DNA of 28,194 nt from positions 1 through 28,194 of the IMG/VR virus record IMGVR_UViG_3300017784_003111; one strand, written 5' to 3'. The first letter of the stretch is position 1. Every line of letters starts with the position of its first letter. This DNA is from a virus. Its lineage: Duplodnaviria > Caudoviricetes. Shown here in pieces: positions 23,459 to 28,194 of the stretch. Below the pieces are notes generated by a model that made no database searches, was not told the origin of the DNA, and was given only the letters and a program-made list of their open reading frames with translations. Position numbers and translations under genes: made by a program.

Positions 23459-24547
23459 ATGACAGTACGTTCACTTTCAGAAGCTGCCGCTGACGTTCTT
23501 ACAAGATCTCAGGCGAGCGCAGACAAGGAGCCGATGCATACGCTCGGCGGAGCTGAGGTTCAAGATCTCGGTGGTGCAACAATAACTAATCCTGCTGGTA
23601 ACGACGTTGGTCGTCAGGCTGCTGCGAAAATCTCGCAAGCTGCCAAGCCTGGTCCGGCTCCGAAACTTGGCGCGATGCCGATGACGAAAGTCGCTGGCGC
23701 TGTTGCTGAAGAAGTTGACGAAGATGAAGAGGAAGATCTTATCGACGAAGATGAAGAGGAAATGACTCTTGACGAGAAGCGTCAAATGATCCGCGCCAAG
23801 ATGAAGGATATGTCTTGCGCTGAAGACGTCGATGCCATCTTTGCCGGTCAAGAACTTTCCGAAGAGTTCAAGCAGCGCGTAACGACAATCTTCGAAGCAG
23901 CTGTTATTGCTCGTGCAGTTGCCGTCGTTGAAGAACTCGAAGCGCAAATCCTTGAAGGCGCTGCTGAGTCAGTAGAAGAAATCAAACTGGAACTCGAAGA
24001 GCAAATGAGTGCTTATGCCTCATATGTCGCCAAAGAGTGGCTGGCTGAGAACCAAGTAGCTGTACAAGCTGGTCTCAAAGCTGAGATCATGGAAGAGTTC
24101 ATCGACGGTCTGCGCGGTCTGTTCGTCGAGCACAATATAAATATCCCCGACGAAGAAGTTGACGTCGTAGAAGCCATGGCAGAAGAAATGGCTGCACTTC
24201 AGGAACAGCTAAACAAAGCGCTGAATCTGAATGTCGAGCTGGTAGAAGCCATCAACGAAGCCTCCAAAGAATCAATCGTATACTCAGTTTGCGAGGGTCT
24301 CACCGCCACGCAAGCCGAGAAAGTAAAAGCTCTCGCAGAGGGAGTAGAGTTCACCACAGAGGGTGAATATCAAGATAAAGTAGAACTCATCAAAGAGTCA
24401 TACTTTAACGGTAAGGTGAAACAACCACGTGTTCAATCCTCAGTAGCAGCAAAAGAAATGCTGGCGGAACAATCATCAGACTACACGGAAACGTCGCCTC
24501 TGATGGAGAAGTACGTCTCGGCAATTTCCAGAACTCTCAATAAGTAA
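23459..24547 (+). CDS. gp22: prohead core scaffolding protein gp22
   Basis: Acidic coiled-coil protein with 'LSEEFK..TTIFEAAV', 'EWLAENQVA', 'LFVEHNI' and 'IKESYF'. Lies between gp21 and gp23. Confidence 0.95.
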   Translation: MTVRSLSEAAADVLTRSQASADKEPMHTLGGAEVQDLGGATITNPAGNDVGRQAAAKISQAAKPGPAPKLGAMPMTKVAGAVAEEVDEDEEEDLIDEDEEEMTLDEKRQMIRAKMKDMSCAEDVDAIFAGQELSEEFKQRVTTIFEAAVIARAVAVVEELEAQILEGAAESVEEIKLELEEQMSAYASYVAKEWLAENQVAVQAGLKAEIMEEFIDGLRGLFVEHNINIPDEEVDVVEAMAEEMAALQEQLNKALNLNVELVEAINEASKESIVYSVCEGLTATQAEKVKALAEGVEFTTEGEYQDKVELIKESYFNGKVKQPRVQSSVAAKEMLAEQSSDYTETSPLMEKYVSAISRTLNK

Positions 24548-24561
24548 ATTAGGAGACTATA

Positions 24562-25944
24562 ATGTATCTTTCAGAAAATTTAGAAAAGAAGTGGGCACCA
24601 GTCCTCGACCACGGGGAACTTGGCGCTGTCACTGATCCCTACAGACGTTCCGTAACAGCTATCATTCTTGAGAACCAAGAGCAGATGCTGATCAAGGAAG
24701 GCTCAATCCTCAACGAAACCTCACCGGCTAACATCACTGGCTATACTGGCGGCTCAACTGCCACTGGTCCAGCTGCCGGTTTTGACCCGATCCTGATCTC
24801 GCTGGTTCGGCGTTCGATGCCCAACCTGATGGCGTACGATGTCTGCGGCGTTCAGCCGATGACTGGTCCGACAGGTCTGATCTTCGCAATGCGTTCGAAG
24901 TATGCTAATGCTACGAGTCAGCTGACCGAAGCTTTCTACAACGAAGCCAACACTGCCTTCGCTGGTACTGGTACGCATACTCCATTCGGTCTGCTTTCTG
25001 GTCAGAACTCAACTCAGGCTAACACCGTCAACCCCGCTAACACCTCAATCTCTGCTGCCTTCGGTCTGGCAGATATCGGTATTGGTTTTGCTACGGCGAC
25101 TGGTGAAGATCTGGGCGGCACTGGTTCACCTGCTATGGGTTCAATGGGCTTCTCGATCGAGAAAGTTACCGTAACTGCCAAGACTCGCGCTCTGAAGGCT
25201 GAGTACACGATGGAACTGGCTCAGGATCTTAAGGCTGTTCACGGTCTGGATGCTGAAACAGAACTGTCGAATATTCTTTCGACAGAAATCCTTGCTGAAA
25301 TCAACCGCGAAGTTATTCGTACTATCTATGCTACGGCTGTGATCGGTGCAAGAACTGCTAACACGGTTGGAGTGTTCAGTCTTGCAACTACGAACGGCGA
25401 TACCGATGGTCGTTGGCAGGTTGAGAAGTACAAGGGTCTTATCTATCAGATCGAGCGTGAAGCCAACAAGATTGCCAAAGACACTCGTCGCGGCAAGGGC
25501 AACATAATCATCTGTTCAACTGACGTTGCTTCGGCTCTGGCTATGTCCGGTCTTCTGGACTATAACTCGGCTCTGAAGGATCAAGTTAGCCTGCAGGTTG
25601 ATGACACTGGTAGCACATACTGCGGTACGCTCTTCGGGCGCGTCAAAGTATACGCCGATCCGTACTCACTGACCTCGGCTACTTCTGCGATTTCTAACGA
25701 TTTCGTTGTAGTTGGCTACAAAGGTTCAATCGCGTATGACTCGGGTCTGTTCTACTGCCCATACGTTCCGCTCCAAATGGTTCGCGCAATTGATCCTAAC
25801 ACCTTCCAGCCGAAAATCGGCTTTAAGACTCGTTATGGAATGGTTGCCAACCCGTTTGCTGGTGGATCGGCTGTTGATGCTGGCGTCCTTAGCAACAACA
25901 GCAATATCTACTACCGCAAGTTCATGATCACGAACCTGAAGTGA
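24562..25944 (+). CDS. gp23: major capsid protein gp23
   Basis: 'KKWAPVL', 'LVRRSMPNLMAYDVCGVQPMTGPTGLIFAMRS', 'RALKAEYTMELAQDLKAVHGLDAE', 'YCPYVPL' and 'FQPKIGFKTRYG'. Confidence 0.99.
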   Translation: MYLSENLEKKWAPVLDHGELGAVTDPYRRSVTAIILENQEQMLIKEGSILNETSPANITGYTGGSTATGPAAGFDPILISLVRRSMPNLMAYDVCGVQPMTGPTGLIFAMRSKYANATSQLTEAFYNEANTAFAGTGTHTPFGLLSGQNSTQANTVNPANTSISAAFGLADIGIGFATATGEDLGGTGSPAMGSMGFSIEKVTVTAKTRALKAEYTMELAQDLKAVHGLDAETELSNILSTEILAEINREVIRTIYATAVIGARTANTVGVFSLATTNGDTDGRWQVEKYKGLIYQIEREANKIAKDTRRGKGNIIICSTDVASALAMSGLLDYNSALKDQVSLQVDDTGSTYCGTLFGRVKVYADPYSLTSATSAISNDFVVVGYKGSIAYDSGLFYCPYVPLQMVRAIDPNTFQPKIGFKTRYGMVANPFAGGSAVDAGVLSNNSNIYYRKFMITNLK

Positions 25945-25985
25945 TCGTTTCAAGCTGAATAACAATAACTAGATCGTTGTTGTAT

Positions 25986-26015
25986 TGGGGAGCCGCAATG
26001 GCTCCCCATTTTTTT
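25986..26015 (+). terminator. intrinsic terminator after gp23
   Basis: Stem TGGGGAGCC, loop GCAAT, stem GGCTCCCCA, followed by T7. Confidence 0.92.
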
Positions 26016-26019
26016 GCCT

Positions 26020-26027
26020 TATAAATA
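26020..26027 (+). promoter_or_regulatory. T4 late promoter TATAAATA
   Basis: Exact consensus 4 nt after the terminator T-run and 24 nt before the gp3 ATG. Confidence 0.88.
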
Positions 26028-26051
26028 CTCAGTGCCCACTGGAAGAATCAA

Positions 26052-26591
26052 ATGAGCTGCAACGAAGATCTAAACAAGAATTTACTGCAAGGATCGAAAT
26101 TTAAATTGATGTTCGATCGTTTGCCGGACGTTTCGTTTTTCTGCACCGAAGTCAATATACCAGGGCTTTCTCTGTCCGAGAATACGAGAGCAACACCATT
26201 CATTGATTATAAACTTGCCGGAGACAAAATAACATACAGTCCACTTGAGGTGACATTTCTAATCAACGAAACCCTTTCTCCTTGGAAAGATGTTCATGAT
26301 TGGATGAGAGGTCTTGGGTTTCCCACCAACTTCGATGAATATAAGAATCTTTCTGCATTACAAGCAGCTAAATTGTATCCTGGATTGGCCAATTTTAGTA
26401 CAGAAAGCCCGCAGTATTCTGATGGCAGGTTAGCGATATTCACGAACAAGAACAACCCTGTTGTGACGATATCTTTTAAGGATCTATATCCAATTGAAAT
26501 TTCTTCTATAGACTTTGGAACGAAAATGACTGCGGAAACCACTATATCCGGAACAGCTAGATTTGCTTTTATGTACTACGATTTCGTTTAG
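26052..26591 (+). CDS. gp3: tail tube terminator / completion protein gp3
   Basis: 'FFCTEVNIPGLSL', 'GDKITYSPLEVTFLINE', 'VHDWMRGLGFP' and 'FKDLYP'. The gp23-gp3-uvsY-uvsW synteny matches marine/freshwater T4-likes. Confidence 0.9.
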   Translation: MSCNEDLNKNLLQGSKFKLMFDRLPDVSFFCTEVNIPGLSLSENTRATPFIDYKLAGDKITYSPLEVTFLINETLSPWKDVHDWMRGLGFPTNFDEYKNLSALQAAKLYPGLANFSTESPQYSDGRLAIFTNKNNPVVTISFKDLYPIEISSIDFGTKMTAETTISGTARFAFMYYDFV

Positions 26592-26624
26592 AGATTATAT
26601 AATAAGGCTTAAACCGACAGTATG

Positions 26625-26653
26625 ATTATACCGAGTTGTGCGATGATTGTAAA
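26625..26653 (-). promoter_or_regulatory. antisense sigma70-type promoter TTTACA-N17-TATAAT pointing into gp3
   Basis: The plus strand reads ATTATA(26625-30)-ccgagttgtgcgatgat-TGTAAA(26648-53). The reverse complement is a near-consensus -35/-10 with a 17-nt spacer. Confidence 0.6.
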
Positions 26654-26688
26654 GTTGTTTTTCTACTGTATAATTTATCTTTTCATAC

Positions 26689-26717
26689 TTTACTTCTGTA
26701 GGAAAGTGGGTTATAAT
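26689..26717 (+). promoter_or_regulatory. sigma70/early-type promoter TTTACT-N17-TATAAT for uvsY-uvsW
   Basis: -35 TTTACT at 26689-94, 17-nt spacer, -10 TATAAT at 26712-17. Resembles T4 early promoter consensus. Confidence 0.75.
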
Positions 26718-26732
26718 TGACGTTGTTTAGTA

Positions 26733-27188
26733 ATGGATTTTGTTATGCAACCAGCATCTCTTGAAACTTTGCTCGATATGTGGGAAAAAGATGCCGTCAT
26801 CAACATGACGGATCCCGGAGCAGAACTCATTCGTATTCCAGTAATTCATGCCAAATATGTTCGGCAGTTATCCGCACATTCACTTTCTTCCAAGAAGTGG
26901 GGTATGGAGATCAGCAAACTTCGTAAACTCAAGTGGGAGTATTACAACGGCAGGTTGGATGATGATGATCTTAAAAAGTATGGCTGGCAACCATTCAAGT
27001 TTCTGTTGAAGTCAGACATATCCGTATACATGGATGCTGATGATGATCTCTTGAAACTTCAAACCAAGAAAGCAGTTCACGATGAGGCAGTTCAGTTTTG
27101 CAATGCTGTGTTGAAAGAACTCTCGAATCGCACGTGGCAGTTGAAGGAGTATTGCTCGTGGGAGAAGTTCATACAAGGACAACATTGA
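26733..27188 (+). CDS. uvsY: recombination mediator UvsY
   Basis: 'MWEKDAVI', 'IPVIHAKY', 'KWEYYNG', 'YMDADDDL' and 'RTWQLK..WEKF'. An alternative, probably true, start is ATG 26745. Confidence 0.92.
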   Translation: MDFVMQPASLETLLDMWEKDAVINMTDPGAELIRIPVIHAKYVRQLSAHSLSSKKWGMEISKLRKLKWEYYNGRLDDDDLKKYGWQPFKFLLKSDISVYMDADDDLLKLQTKKAVHDEAVQFCNAVLKELSNRTWQLKEYCSWEKFIQGQH

Positions 27189-28194
27189 TGGCATATGACA
27201 TAAGAATAACAAAACACAACGAAGCATTTGTACGAATAATCTGTGAGCCTGGTATTCTAGAAGAACTGGCTGAGTTCTTCACCTTCTATGCTGATGATTA
27301 CAAGTTCTCTCCCATGTACAAACGAAAAGTCTGGGACGGGAAAATTCGTTTGCTCAATAAAAAGACAATGCAGCTGCCTCATGGTCTTTCGTTCTATGTT
27401 TGCAAAATAGCCAGAGACAAGGGATATACTTGCCTAAACGAAACCAACAAAGAAACCAACTTCACTATAAAAGATGCCGAGTTCTTTGCCAGTGCTCTCA
27501 AGCTACCAATGGAACCGAGAGACTATCAGCTGGCTGCATTTGCTACTTCTATTCGTTCTAACAGAAGGCTAATCCTTTCTCCTACGGCATCAGGTAAATC
27601 TCTTGTCGCATATTTGATCATTAGGTTTCTACTTCAGTTTGAGTGTAAGCAAGGTATTCTTATTGTTCCGACCACTTCTCTTGTTGAGCAAATGTATGGA
27701 GACTTTGAAGATTACTCTAAGAACAACAAATGGGACGTCGAGAAGACTTGTCAGAAAGTTTATGCTGGGTTTGAGAAGAGAATAATCAATCCTCTTCTGA
27801 TTTCAACTTGGCAGAGCCTGCAAGATTTTCCTCCAAAGTATTTCTCTCCGTTCGATTTTATCATAGGTGATGAGGCTCATACGTTTAAGGCGAAGTCCCT
27901 CTCTTACATAATGAACAGCATGCACAACGCAAGGTTTCGCGTTGGTATGACTGGAACAGTAAAAGATACGCAAGTGAATCTTCTTTCAATCGAAGGGCAC
28001 TTCGGACCAACCTACAAAGCCATCTCTACTAAAGAATTAATGGATAGAGGGCAGATTGCTCAGCTTCAAATCAAGTGCCTTGTCATATCACATCCAGAAC
28101 ATGCCAGAAAGAAAGCGTTTGATATGGATTATCAACAAGAAGTGGATTTCGTTGTGAGTAATATTGCACGCAATGAATATGTCAGAGACCTTGC
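27188..28194 (+). CDS. uvsW: UvsW SF2 helicase (partial, runs off the window; absent from ORF track)
   Basis: Hand translation from ATG 27188 (TGATG overlap): MAYDIRITKHNE...WDGKIRL...PRDYQ...LSPTASGKS (Walker A)...IVPTTSLVEQM...STWQS...GDEAH (Walker B)...GMTGT. Confidence 0.96.
   Translation, partial: MAYDIRITKHNEAFVRIICEPGILEELAEFFTFYADDYKFSPMYKRKVWDGKIRLLNKKTMQLPHGLSFYVCKIARDKGYTCLNETNKETNFTIKDAEFFASALKLPMEPRDYQLAAFATSIRSNRRLILSPTASGKSLVAYLIIRFLLQFECKQGILIVPTTSLVEQMYGDFEDYSKNNKWDVEKTCQKVYAGFEKRIINPLLISTWQSLQDFPPKYFSPFDFIIGDEAHTFKAKSLSYIMNSMHNARFRVGMTGTVKDTQVNLLSIEGHFGPTYKAISTKELMDRGQIAQLQIKCLVISHPEHARKKAFDMDYQQEVDFVVSNIARNEYVRDL

Noticed and set aside
15030-25944. Inteins, group I introns or homing endonucleases in gp17, gp20 or gp23
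   Set aside because: The ORFs are continuous and of ordinary length, with no intein or LAGLIDADG/HNH/GIY-YIG motifs seen.
13174-27227. Short alternative-frame and minus-strand ORFs overlapping gp14-uvsY (e.g. 23477-23947, 19780-20118, 26294-26542)
   Set aside because: They lie fully within well-conserved genes, with no RBS or recognisable motifs, and are expected by chance.
1-28194. Stop-codon recoding (alternative genetic code)
   Set aside because: TAA, TGA and TAG all terminate genes at expected positions (TAG at 12164 and 26591, TGA at 12989 and 25944), and core genes are intact under the standard code.

Overview
This window is a 28 kb stretch of a T4-like (Tevenvirinae/Kyanoviridae-style gene order) myophage genome, with all real genes on the + strand. 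It opens with the tail end of a virion gene and a small DGGxF-ending protein. Next come a giant 3661-aa modular fibre protein (Ala-core heptad stalks, Phage_fiber_2-type knots and three unique head domains), an unlisted 58-aa ORF and a 238-aa putative tip/adhesin protein. The conserved morphogenesis block follows: gp13, gp14, gp15, gp16, gp17, gp18, gp19, gp20, gp67-like, two extra ORFs, gp68-like, gp21, gp22, gp23 and gp3, then uvsY and a truncated uvsW. T4 late promoters (TATAAATA), two intrinsic terminators and back-to-back sigma70-type promoters are visible. Four signals stand out: (i) an Ala-Asn(-Thr) motif that saturates the fibre and recurs in surface-exposed virion proteins but not in buried or non-virion ones, a candidate virion-wide modification (glycosylation) code; (ii) cassette-like head domains bracketed by duplicated flanks inside the fibre; (iii) an antisense sigma70 promoter aimed into the late gene 3; (iv) a 12-aa basic micro-ORF between gp68 and gp21. 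All family assignments come from recalled motifs and synteny, not database searches.
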